A DNA stretch of 54,544 bases, the filler included, from Stramenopiles sp. TOSAG23-6 (lineage: Eukaryota), in assembly GCA_900128565.1 (NCBI GenBank). It is 4 parts of 4 records of this genome, joined end to end, with 100 filler letters (N's around TTAATTAATTAA, not from the genome) between each part and the next. Parts side by side here need not be neighbours in the genome. Positions count along the whole stretch, not along the records: positions 1 to 13,689 come from LT636161.1; positions 13,790 to 27,344 come from LT636163.1; 2 more parts are not named here. The stretch is one strand, 5' to 3'. Both the position numbers and the translations under genes were made by a program. Below are positions 10,001-18,073 of this stretch, in pieces. Positions within the stretch are counted from its first letter, which is position 1. Each line of letters begins with the position of its first letter. The notes beneath the pieces are model-generated. The model made no database searches, was not told the DNA's origin, and worked only from the letters and a program-made list of their open reading frames with translations.

Positions 10001-12147
10001 ATCATACTTTTTGTTGTTTTTAAAATGTCACCTTGTTTTCCATGTTTCTTTAATTCAAACACCAGACCAGCAAGATTGTATACATTTCTTTGCCAATCGG
10101 GACAGTTAGGGTACTCAGCTAAATGTTCGGCATATGAACTTCTACCACTTTGCGAAGCATTACTATATAACGGTGTAGAGAGCTCTTCTTCTTCTTTTGG
10201 TGAAAGTCCATCTTCTGGTGTAAGACTATCTTCTAATGTAAGACTATCTTCTGATCTAAGACCATCCTCGCCTGATTCTTTTAAATCACTTTTCATACCA
10301 TGTAGAAGATCTCTTTGGTCTGCTTGATAATAGGCGCAGTACTTTTTAAGATCATCAAATGGTATTTTTTCTAAAATGTTTCCTTTTAGTTTTTTCAACT
10401 CATCTATTGCTTTTTTGATCATTTTCATATCTTTTCCTTCTTTGAGAACCTTTTCAATATTGCTCAAATGACGTTTGACAAGATCCAAATATTCTTCAAC
10501 TATTTTTTGTTTTGTACTTTCACTAATGGAATCATCAGCTTTGGTACCAGAATCAAGGAGCAATTTCATCAGTAAATTCATCCTTTGTCTCAGGAATTTG
10601 GATTCTTCTGAATGCTTCTTTAATTCAAAAATGAGACCAGCAAGATTATATAAATTTCTTTGCCAATCGGGACAGTCAGGGTACTCAGCTAAAAGTTCAG
10701 CATTTGTCTTTCCCTCTTTTGGCGTTTTACTATACAATGGTGTAGATATTTCTTTTTTTTCTTCTGATGTAAGACTATCTTCTGATCTAAGACCATCCTC
10801 GCCTGATTCTTTTAAATCACTTTTCATACCATGTAGAAGATCTCTTTGGTCTGCTTGATAATCGGCGCAGTCCTTTTTAAGTTCATCAAATGGAATATTT
10901 TCTAACATGTTTGTTTTTTGTTTACGTAACTCATCTAATGCTTTTTTAACAGTTTCCATATCTTCTATATCTTTCGGATTTTTTCCTTCCTTGAGAATCT
11001 CTTCAATATTCTTCAATTTGTTTTTGACATTTTCCAAATATTCTTCAGCTACTTCTTGTTTCGTACTTTCACTAATGGATTCATCAACTTTAGTACCATA
11101 ACCAAGGAGCAATTCTAACAACATATTCATCCTTTTTTTCGCGAAATTGGATTCTTCTGAGTGCTTCTTCAAATCAAAAATCAAACCTGCAAGATTGTAT
11201 AGAGTTTTTTGCCAATCGAGACAGTTAGAGCTCACTGTTGCAGAGTGTGTTGTAAATCTAAATGCATTTGATGATGTTGGTACAGAAGAGTTTGATAACA
11301 TATACAATATTGATTGTATTGATCGGACATCTCCCAATGCTTTTGGGATATCATATTTAGGTAAATGTAAACTAGAAAAACGATATTGATTAAATTCATA
11401 GGTGTCATCATCGCTTTTTATGTATTGGTTTTTTTCTTGTTTCAAATGCTTATTGGAAGCCTTATAGTTTCGCCTTTTTTTANTTGAATTCACCTCCAAA
11501 AAAAGAGATCCTTTACTCACTGAATCTGGAAATACGCCTATTTTAGTTGTAAATCTAAATGCATTTGATGATGTCGGTACAAAAGAGTTTGATAACATAT
11601 ACAATATTGATTGTATTGATTGGACATCGCCCAATGCTTTTGGGATATCATATTTGGGTAAATGTAAATTAGAAAAGCGATATTGATTAAATTCATAAGT
11701 GTTGTCATCGCTTTTTATGTATTGTTTTTTTTCTTGTTTCAAATGCTTATTGGAAGCCTTATAGTTTCGCCTTTTTTTATTTGAATTCACCTCCAAAAAA
11801 AGAGATCCTTTACTCACTGAATCTGGAAATACGCCTATTTTAGTTGTAAATCTAAATGCATTTGATGATGTCGGTACAAAAGAGTTTGATAACATATACA
11901 ATATTGATTGTATTGATTGGACATCGCCCAATGCTTTTGGGATATCATATTTGGGTAAATGTAAACTTGAAAAGCGATATTGATTGAATTCATAGGTGTC
12001 ATCATTGCTTTTCATGTATTGTGTCGTATCGCTCGGTGCCAAACTACCGTCGTTAAGTTTTCTATTTGATGCTATATATCTACTATGAGTTTTCCATATA
12101 CAAAAGAACAATACCAAGCTCATAAAGGTGTTACATTTCATCGCCAT
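7072..12147 (-). CDS. Large secreted repeat protein with Cys-rich region and C-terminal CDCA/zeta-carbonic-anhydrase-like domain (degenerate)
   Basis: 1691-aa ORF, N-terminal signal-like peptide, internal repeats, motifs SMDGR..GTPGGEIGEF, YMATDD, NIGCRYLR, LSGYHLE. Confidence 0.7.
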   Translation of the reverse strand: MAMKCNTFMSLVLFFCIWKTHSRYIASNRKLNDGSLAPSDTTQYMKSNDDTYEFNQYRFSSLHLPKYDIPKALGDVQSIQSILYMLSNSFVPTSSNAFRFTTKIGVFPDSVSKGSLFLEVNSNKKRRNYKASNKHLKQEKKQYIKSDDNTYEFNQYRFSNLHLPKYDIPKALGDVQSIQSILYMLSNSFVPTSSNAFRFTTKIGVFPDSVSKGSLFLEVNSXKKRRNYKASNKHLKQEKNQYIKSDDDTYEFNQYRFSSLHLPKYDIPKALGDVRSIQSILYMLSNSSVPTSSNAFRFTTHSATVSSNCLDWQKTLYNLAGLIFDLKKHSEESNFAKKRMNMLLELLLGYGTKVDESISESTKQEVAEEYLENVKNKLKNIEEILKEGKNPKDIEDMETVKKALDELRKQKTNMLENIPFDELKKDCADYQADQRDLLHGMKSDLKESGEDGLRSEDSLTSEEKKEISTPLYSKTPKEGKTNAELLAEYPDCPDWQRNLYNLAGLIFELKKHSEESKFLRQRMNLLMKLLLDSGTKADDSISESTKQKIVEEYLDLVKRHLSNIEKVLKEGKDMKMIKKAIDELKKLKGNILEKIPFDDLKKYCAYYQADQRDLLHGMKSDLKESGEDGLRSEDSLTLEDSLTPEDGLSPKEEEELSTPLYSNASQSGRSSYAEHLAEYPNCPDWQRNVYNLAGLVFELKKHGKQGDILKTTKSMIKSLLDSGDNEYKSISNDKSAEDISKKIGHLERELGKIKNVLEEKNDMPMIEKALHQLRELKGKILSSIPFDDLKKYCAYYQADQRDLQREINDSSGVVSAANIGASSPSVDQRDLQREINDSPDVKHSDEVSSDVSIGASSPSIDQRDLQRETEDSSDVKHSDESSSDVSIGASSPSILEKVQKTLGKQFNIDQLVANSVLPVDDNNANLSNVHTEDSVGGQGADNDKIRQTSDDIEAEARLINYDLSERLLVLNARWGKMCIGARPCAYNKKQCRVPKCPESTKLNRERCRQPGVGCVAEDKTCQREVCQDDETFHGFIEYADPEVLVKDVTPTLEPWFNWKGAWDLKYAKLGAGAPRKPRSLREAIRMYGTTMFGKSSVVQHTTYAWIPRLPVCYSGHQGEKRVQAMFEWKNADPSCEGLRPCRRIKHVKGKPVCMTPSFSGRPILGSFHGKCDPKISTVDDLKRFCRKEPPKELSTLRSDNEKLIIESERENHLGSKGGIEYLVFSTTNKSRYWTSRLKMCKDHANTVYLWYKMKGAFLCPEEKPCADMLNKICHRLVPTGPRANTCPAGAMSRHEQFCSTVHIPEEPKFPHVSRDSKDTGMNHSQVQFVAKRVELPPMPHGSTYDPNPTMNPICPGLSTITVREETDLTGKTTPMNEARHVGHYTGIWDIHRDVGLVEAQLYAPSRMPVQDMRQQFFASMDGRANFAVAGTPGGEIGEFLLALNALEKERSRMNADLFMLSERDVIYLFKYYASWLAQKEFHQIYMATDDAAMKNWANDAGVAYPIHVESLNSIQKQRLVVSAATPSNIGCRYLRATIMRSNEFNTRKFLTTAVIRAFVSAWLGLYGTQIGGQVFLSELSGYHLEQGLLSIYQTTDSCNGKVPLIVPQHTPGDSMYWIIHPAAIRQRRLELARFVAGIAELLPDGGRLQVEEQGLMRYILPLGENSLQRFLEEVGADHLPKWAVFITEKRL
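9467..12020 (-). repeat. Three blocks of coding repeats: ~3 x 297 bp (11250-12020), ~3 x 540-600 bp (9750-11220), ~3 x 90 bp (9467-9755)
   Basis: Recurring peptides YEFNQYRFSSLHLPKYD, DWQxxxYNLAGL...YQADQRDL, IGASSPSxDQRDLQRE. Confidence 0.9.
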
Positions 12148-12434
12148 TGATATCTTTAATATGGAGCTTTATTCGACGCTTACTTTGTCTAAATTATATG
12201 CTAGCAAGTAATTTACAATATACTTTACTACTACAGCCACAGCTACTGAACGTTGTTGTGCAGCGTAGTATACTGATATTGTGTCCTGTGTCGCAGGAGC
12301 GAAAAATAATTTTTGAATAAAAAGTAGATACCCGGTAACGTAAACGATTCGTGAATGACGATTGGTCAACATCTGGTTGCCTTGGCCGCATACAAATTCC
12401 ACTCTTCATATTTTCATTTTACTGTGAGGCACCA

Positions 12435-13612
12435 ATGAGCTTTACATTTTCATCAGAAGGCCCCAAAGCCCCGGAAGCTTCACCGATTGCTTCGCCAGCT
12501 TCATTTTCGTTTAGTAGTTCGATTGGAGTACCTACTCCTAGTGCTGAAGTAGATAGTAATATTTTACCGAATTTTACAGCAGATGAGTCTACACCATTTA
12601 AATTTGCTGGTTTTACAGCAACGTCGCCAACAAAATCTGATTCTACATCCACCGCTTTTCAATTTAATTTGAGTACTGAAGAAGTAGATACGGATACGTC
12701 CGATATTTCAAAGGTGAAAGAATCTTCTTCTTTTGTTTTCGGTGCTTCGACTGGAAAAACTAGTGCGGTTTCTAGTAAGGTAACAACAGAGAATGTTGCC
12801 GAAAAGGACAAAACGTGCTTAGGTTTATTCCCATTTTTAGATTCTCATAGATATGCTTCAGATACTACTGCATTAGCTCAATCGAAACAAAGCAAAAATT
12901 GTCAACATGATGTAAATGTGTCTGTTAGTTTTCCAGATACGGAAATTATTCATTATCTAGATTCATGGGAAGTTTTCTACGCTCGTGGTATTAATCGATC
13001 TTGGCGAAGAGAAGTTCAATCCCCAGTATTTTGGACTGTACAGCGTTGTGCTGTCATAGCTGCGGGTCGGCGTAGTCGAGCCTCTAAATTCATGCGATTA
13101 CTTGACCGGAATAGGTCTAAATTTATGGAGGAACCCGTTGGACCATTGAATATGTTTATATCATTAAAACCTGCATGTGAGGGATGGAATACTGCAATTG
13201 AGTCAATATGGTATCAATCGTCACATATGCCTGGATCTGTTAATTGCATAGATGAACCACACAAACTTATTGTAGCATCTAATACGAGAGATTTTAAAGT
13301 ACTCTCTTTATTGTGCAAAAAAACTGGAGTAGAAATTGTCAGAGATGCGTGTATGTTTTATTTTTTTTTTTACAAAAAAATCGAATTTATTTTTCATACG
13401 AAATTTTGTACCTAACGATTTTTTTTTGTTTTTGAAATATTTTTCCAAAATACATTCACAAGTGAAATAATTTCACCTAAAGTTCTTGGCCTTCCATCAC
13501 CTCCATATTATGTTGTATTGAGACCTGATACGGGGTTTTGTGAATATGGACGATATGCCCATGGTCATTATGATGATTTTACTTTATCTGCAGATTCCGC
13601 ATGTGATATTAT
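12435..13612 (+). CDS. Putative F-box-like protein with Ser/Phe-rich N-terminus; exons 12435-13350, 13456-13612, 3' end missing
   Basis: FPDTEIIHYLDSWEVFYARGINRSWR resembles an F-box; frame joins ORF 13518 after intron removal. Confidence 0.55.
13351..13455 (+). mobile_element. Introner-like intron GT...AT, 105 nt
   Basis: Family consensus; removal gives DA-F-TSEII in frame. Confidence 0.8.
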
Positions 13613-13689
13613 GTACGTTTTATTTTTTTTCAAATTTGATTTTTTTTTCGTACGAAATTTTGTACCTAACAAATTTAAGTTTTTTTTTT
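13613..13689 (+). mobile_element. Introner-like intron, 5' part (contig ends inside it)
   Basis: at|gtacgtttt...ttcgtacgaaattttgtacctaac. Confidence 0.75.
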
Positions 13690-13789
13690 NNNNNNNNNNN
13701 NNNNNNNNNNNNNNNNNNNNNNNNNNNNNNNNNTTAATTAATTAANNNNNNNNNNNNNNNNNNNNNNNNNNNNNNNNNNNNNNNNNNNN
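13690..13789. other. Artificial contig linker
   Basis: 100-nt N run containing TTAATTAATTAA (stops in all frames). Confidence 0.98.
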
Positions 13790-13844
13790 GTACAAAATTT
13801 CGTACGAAAAAAAAATAAATTTGAAATTCATAATGAAAACGTAC
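13790..13844 (-). mobile_element. Introner-like intron, 5' part (contig ends inside it)
   Basis: Reverse complement gtacgttttcattatg...ttcgtacgaaattttgtac. Confidence 0.75.
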
Positions 13845-14269
13845 TGCCAACGAGAGTCCCATTTACTAACCAACATTATACGAGAGCAACTACGCTTACG
13901 ATGTCTTGCAGCATTTGATTTATCGACCCATGTTGCATTTCGGTTAAAATATAATTCAGTACTTTTGTGTCCAAAGTATGCAGAGACACACAACCAGGTC
14001 TTTGCAACTAAATTATATGCTTCTTCAAAATCATCTTTACTTACAGTCCTCCGAAGGACCACAACTACGTCTGTGTCCATGTAATCTCTCCTTTTAGCCC
14101 AAAACATATACCATTTCCTAGGATCTTTTGGGATTAATGCCCAAAGATAGCGTATCTCTAAGCAGATGGAACGGAGAATATTACAAAGTCTTTGTAATTT
14201 TGTTTCTTTTTTGGGTATTTTTTGATCGCCATTTTCCCAGTCGTCCTCTTCTGAGGATGAAAATCCCAT
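13845..14269 (-). CDS. First exon of an unknown gene (3' part missing)
   Basis: ATG ORF MGFSSSEEDDW... running into the intron donor at 13844. Confidence 0.6.
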
Positions 14270-14576
14270 TCTAACAGAAGAAAATCTACGAAAGAATTAT
14301 GCTTGAGTCAGATAAATATTAGAGTAAAGGAAATCGAGTGAAAAAACACACGCATATTAATCGTACCTAGAATATTGTGTCATTTGTGTTTTCAAAGGCA
14401 TCTACTTTTTTTTTGAGACATATTATTTCTATTTACGTTAAGGAGCGTTACTTTTACAGTTACAACACTCGAACTGTCCCAATCTTTTGCTTTGTCAGAA
14501 TTTTTCTCTTCAAGGTTATTAGTACATAGAACCACGACAAATCATTCTTGAGTGTGAATTAAAAGAAAAACGAATA

Positions 14577-15959
14577 ATGTCGGATGCATCTGACTTTGAG
14601 GACAGTGCGAGCGAAGATTTTGAGGACGAAGATGTCTCTCCACGACAAAACAACAAAGATGACTTTGAAAATGATGTTGAACAAAAAAAAACAGGAAAAA
14701 ATCGACGAAAACCATTAAATTTACGATATTCATCGGCAGATATGTTAGTACCACGAGGCCGAAAGTTGACTGTAGATAAGCTTCAACGTGGTGGGTCAGC
14801 AAACCGTGGTCAAAATCGGGGTACTTTTGGTGAATTTCGTGTGAAAGATCCAAACAAGAAAAGTGTAAAACAATTAAGAGACGAAAAACGTAATGCATGG
14901 AAAAGTGCTAGATGGGACAAATTATATCTTTCTGCACAAAGAGGTCCAACGCAACGTACTCCTCCTAGTAGTCCCATCAAGCGGAAAGAAAATGAATACC
15001 GGAAAAGTCGTCTAAAAGCAGATGCAGCCCGTATGCATGTACGTTTTCATCATCAATATCAAATTTATTTTTTTTTATGGTAAATTTTGTACTTAACGAT
15101 ATTTTTTTGAAATATTTTTTCACAGTACATGCCTTAGCAGAACCTAAACGAAGAAGTTTTCAGAAATTTTCAAGTCCTAATGATGCTAAACATTGTACGT
15201 TTCGTCCAAAAATTACAAAATATCAAAGTGAAAGTAAAAGTGACGAAGATATTGAAGACTCTGTCAGATTTCATAAATATTTAGAGAGAATAGAGGCAAA
15301 AGAATTGTATGTTTTATTTTTTTTTCAATTTCGAATTTATTTTTTTATAGTAAATGTTGTACCTAACGAATTTTTTTTTGAAATATTTTTCCAAAATATA
15401 TGGCCAGACGACAAAATTTGGAGACTAAAATAGGTGAACAAAATTACAAAGTTCGATTAAATAAAAAGATATGCAATGAGTGTGGTGCTGCGCAAAGTTA
15501 CGATGAATATAGAAATAAACGTAATGTATGTTTTATTTTTTTTCAAATTCGAGTTTTTTTTCGTACGAAATTTTGTACCTAACGATTATTTTTTTGAAAT
15601 ATTTTTACAAAATACATTATTGTGGCTGTGGTGGGAAATTTGTTAGAAGCAAAGATTTCGATAATCGAATGAAAATTTTCAATAAAAGAATGGAGGAAGA
15701 TTCTCTCCGAAAAAAGAAAAGTTTACAAATAATCACTAAAAAATTACAAAATGATGTTTTAAGTAAAAGTTTTCGAAGTAGAAATGGAAAACTTATCGAT
15801 ACTAAACAAAATTGGAAAGATGTTAACTTTCTTGAAAGAATGAACGAACATGAAGAGAAACGAAAAGAAAGACTGGAAAAGTCTCAAAAAAAATATCATT
15901 TGGAGCGACTTCGAAAAAATGGAGACGAAAATGAAAATACTGAGATTGTTGAAAACTAG
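14577..15959 (+). CDS. Hypothetical basic/charged protein with CxxC...CxC motif; exons 14577-15038, 15131-15306, 15402-15525, 15618-15959
   Basis: Four consecutive ORFs are joined in frame by removing three family introns; HCTFRPKI and CNEC...RNYCGC motifs. Confidence 0.7.
15039..15130 (+). mobile_element. Introner-like intron GT...AT, 92 nt, AT direct repeat
   Basis: cat|gtacgtttt...cacagtacat|gcc; an in-frame GT-AG alternative (15031-15125) also exists. Confidence 0.7.
15307..15401 (+). mobile_element. Introner-like intron GT...AT, 95 nt
   Basis: tt|gtatgtttt...ccaaaatatat|g; an in-frame AG at 15407 is an alternative acceptor. Confidence 0.7.
15526..15617 (+). mobile_element. Introner-like intron GT...AT, 92 nt, AT direct repeat
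   Basis: aat|gtatg...aatacat|tat tgt ggc tgt; no in-frame AG nearby. Confidence 0.8.
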
Positions 15960-16179
15960 TTTTTTAATATATATTGATTGTCATAACTAAGAATTTAAAT
16001 GTCGTAATTCTGATACAAATTGACTGTCATAACTAAGAATTCAAATATCGGGAGAATGTAGGCTTGTATATGATTTTTCTATGAATCTTTTGAGAAAACG
16101 GAAACATTTTTATATTCTTAGTAAATAAAAAAGCATATTTCATATTTTAAAAATTATTGAAAACTTTCCTATGTTTATT

Positions 16180-16258
16180 CAAAAATATTCAAGACTACTT
16201 CCAACGTCTTTGTGATGCAAAAATATTCAAGACTACTTCCAACGTTTTTGTGATGCAA
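16180..16258. repeat. 38-bp tandem duplication spanning a stop codon
   Basis: caaaaatattcaagactacttccaacgtYtttgtgatg x2. Confidence 0.9.
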
Positions 16259-17728
16259 TTTCCTTTTTTATTTGCAATTCTTTATTATTTGCCGAGGCCA
16301 TTTGCTTCATCTTTTGGTTTCGTATTTCGTGTTCAAACATTAACTGCCATCTAGGTTTTTGTAATGACGAAATATAACGTTTTGAGTTAAATACATTTCT
16401 CCTCCTTTGCTGAACGTTTTCGCAGTTGTTTAGAACTTGCATCCAATAAGATACTTCTGCATATTTTAGACCTTTAAACTTATTACAAATACTATCAAAA
16501 TGTTGAAAGGATTTTTCACCTTGAGTATCCAGAGATGATAAAAGTGCTGTGCAAAAATAGGTCAAAATTCATAATTCGATGAGTATAAAATTTGGTACAA
16601 AATATTTTTTTTTGAAATGAATGGTTAGGGTTAGGGTTACGTACAATTTCTGTAACTCCATCGAAACGACGCACATCTCTCGACGCAACAAGACCAGATT
16701 TTAATAACATATGTAAAAGGTTCAGTATCAAAGATTGTACTACTTCATGTTCTCTTTGAACAAGTGATGTATTGTGAAAAAAAAATTAAATTTGAAATTT
16801 GTTAGGTACAAAATTTCGTATGAAAATAAAAATATAAATTTGAAATTCATGATGAAAACAAACCTGCTTCTAATAAACGTAAACCACTACGAATTTGTTT
16901 TTCCAATACAATTCGTCTTTGAATATTTACTGGTCCTGAACACGGCAAAAGCAAAACTTCATCTTGAAGATATCGAACTAAATTTTCTTCTATTGATCCA
17001 GTCAATGGATCCATCAATTTTCGATAAAATCGAATCTTTGGTATTTCATACGTATTGTGAAAAAATATTTCAATTTTTTTTTCGTTAGGTACGAAATTTC
17101 GTATGAAAAAAAAATTAAATTAGAAATTCATATAAAACATACACGTAAATCGTAAGACATTCAATATGTCTTGCTTCTTTTGAAATACACCATCATTTTC
17201 TATGCTCAAACTTTCCATATGATTTAAAGTATCATGTCCAGTGCTCAAAGTTCCCTTATGATTTAACTTTTCATTTTCAATGCTTAACGTTCCTCTATGA
17301 TTTAACTTACGATTACCTAATCTCCGTTGTAATCCTGTTTTCGTGTTTAACTGTTGTTGAGAATGAAATTCATCCACAGTATCACTTTTTGTAGGAAATA
17401 ACTTCAAAAGTTGGTCGGATAAAAAAGCAGAACGAAAACAACGTTGTACTGAACAAAACGTTGCAGCCGCTAGCAAATAGTTTTTTAGTAGTCGCATACA
17501 ATGCTGGGCTTTTTCTTCGCCAATGGGTCGCATTCTTACCCCAGAACTCATCGAAACTAATCTAGCAAATTCAATTTTATTCTGGTTTGATTTATCAATA
17601 GTACTTCTTGTAATCTTGCGCTTTGGATACATGTGAACAAGACTTGGAATTCGAAGGTTTCGCGGACGACTCACTGACTCATCTTTCACCTGAAAAAGGC
17701 AGCGAAGCACGTTGGATCTTTCACTCAT
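16233..17728 (-). CDS. Hypothetical protein; exons 17728-17143, 17049-16864, 16766-16645, 16541-16233
   Basis: One continuous frame after removing three family introns (FT-Y-EIPK, LEA-A-LVQR, TEI-LSSLD). Confidence 0.7.
16542..16644 (-). mobile_element. Degenerate introner-like intron GT...TT, TT direct repeat, contains a (CCCTAA)n insert
   Basis: att|gtacgtaaccctaaccctaacc...cacagcactt|tta; a GT-AG alternative (16640-16547) is also in frame. Confidence 0.6.
16767..16863 (-). mobile_element. Introner-like intron GT...AT, 97 nt
   Basis: ag|gtttgttttcatcatg...cacaatacat|ca, phase 1 on both sides. Confidence 0.8.
17050..17142 (-). mobile_element. Introner-like intron GT...GT, 93 nt, GT direct repeat
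   Basis: acgt|gtatgtttt...cacaatacgt|at; contains an in-frame stop. Confidence 0.8.
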
Positions 17729-17941
17729 TTTTTCTATAATTCAAAATAAATCATCGTTTACTTTTATTTGTGGTAAACTTCTTACTGAAAGATGAAATAC
17801 AATAACTCTGTGGTGACCTAGAGAAATCTATTTAAAAAAAGAATAACGTGTAACTTTTGACAATAAAATGAACATAGTAGAACTCCGCACGGCGGTTAAA
17901 AAAAATAATACATCCGACGTCAAAGTAATGCGCGCCAACCA

Positions 17942-17959
17942 TTAGGGTTAGGGTTAGGG
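17942..17959 (+). repeat. Interstitial telomeric repeat (TTAGGG)3
   Basis: ttagggttagggttaggg in a divergent intergenic region. Confidence 0.85.
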
Positions 17960-18073
17960 AAACACAAAAAGCGCACAAGTCGAAGTGTCATAATAGTATA
18001 CTTTTAAGTACCCTTGCTCCTCCCCTCCCTCCCTCATATAATAGAATAAATTTGATTTGAATTGTGTGTGAGA

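Noticed and set aside
13690-13789. TTAATTAATTAA within N runs (also 27345-27444 and 40992-41091) as a biological motif
   Set aside because: Identical 100-nt linkers with all-frame stops; gene adjacency across them is meaningless.
15039-15617. CRISPR array or prokaryotic REP/terminator elements
   Set aside because: The repeats are dispersed, the intervening sequences are exons of one reading frame, there are no cas genes, and the context is eukaryotic.
14577-17728. Alternative genetic code or programmed frameshifting to explain broken ORFs
   Set aside because: Multi-kb ORFs read cleanly in the standard code, and the breaks here coincide with intron copies.
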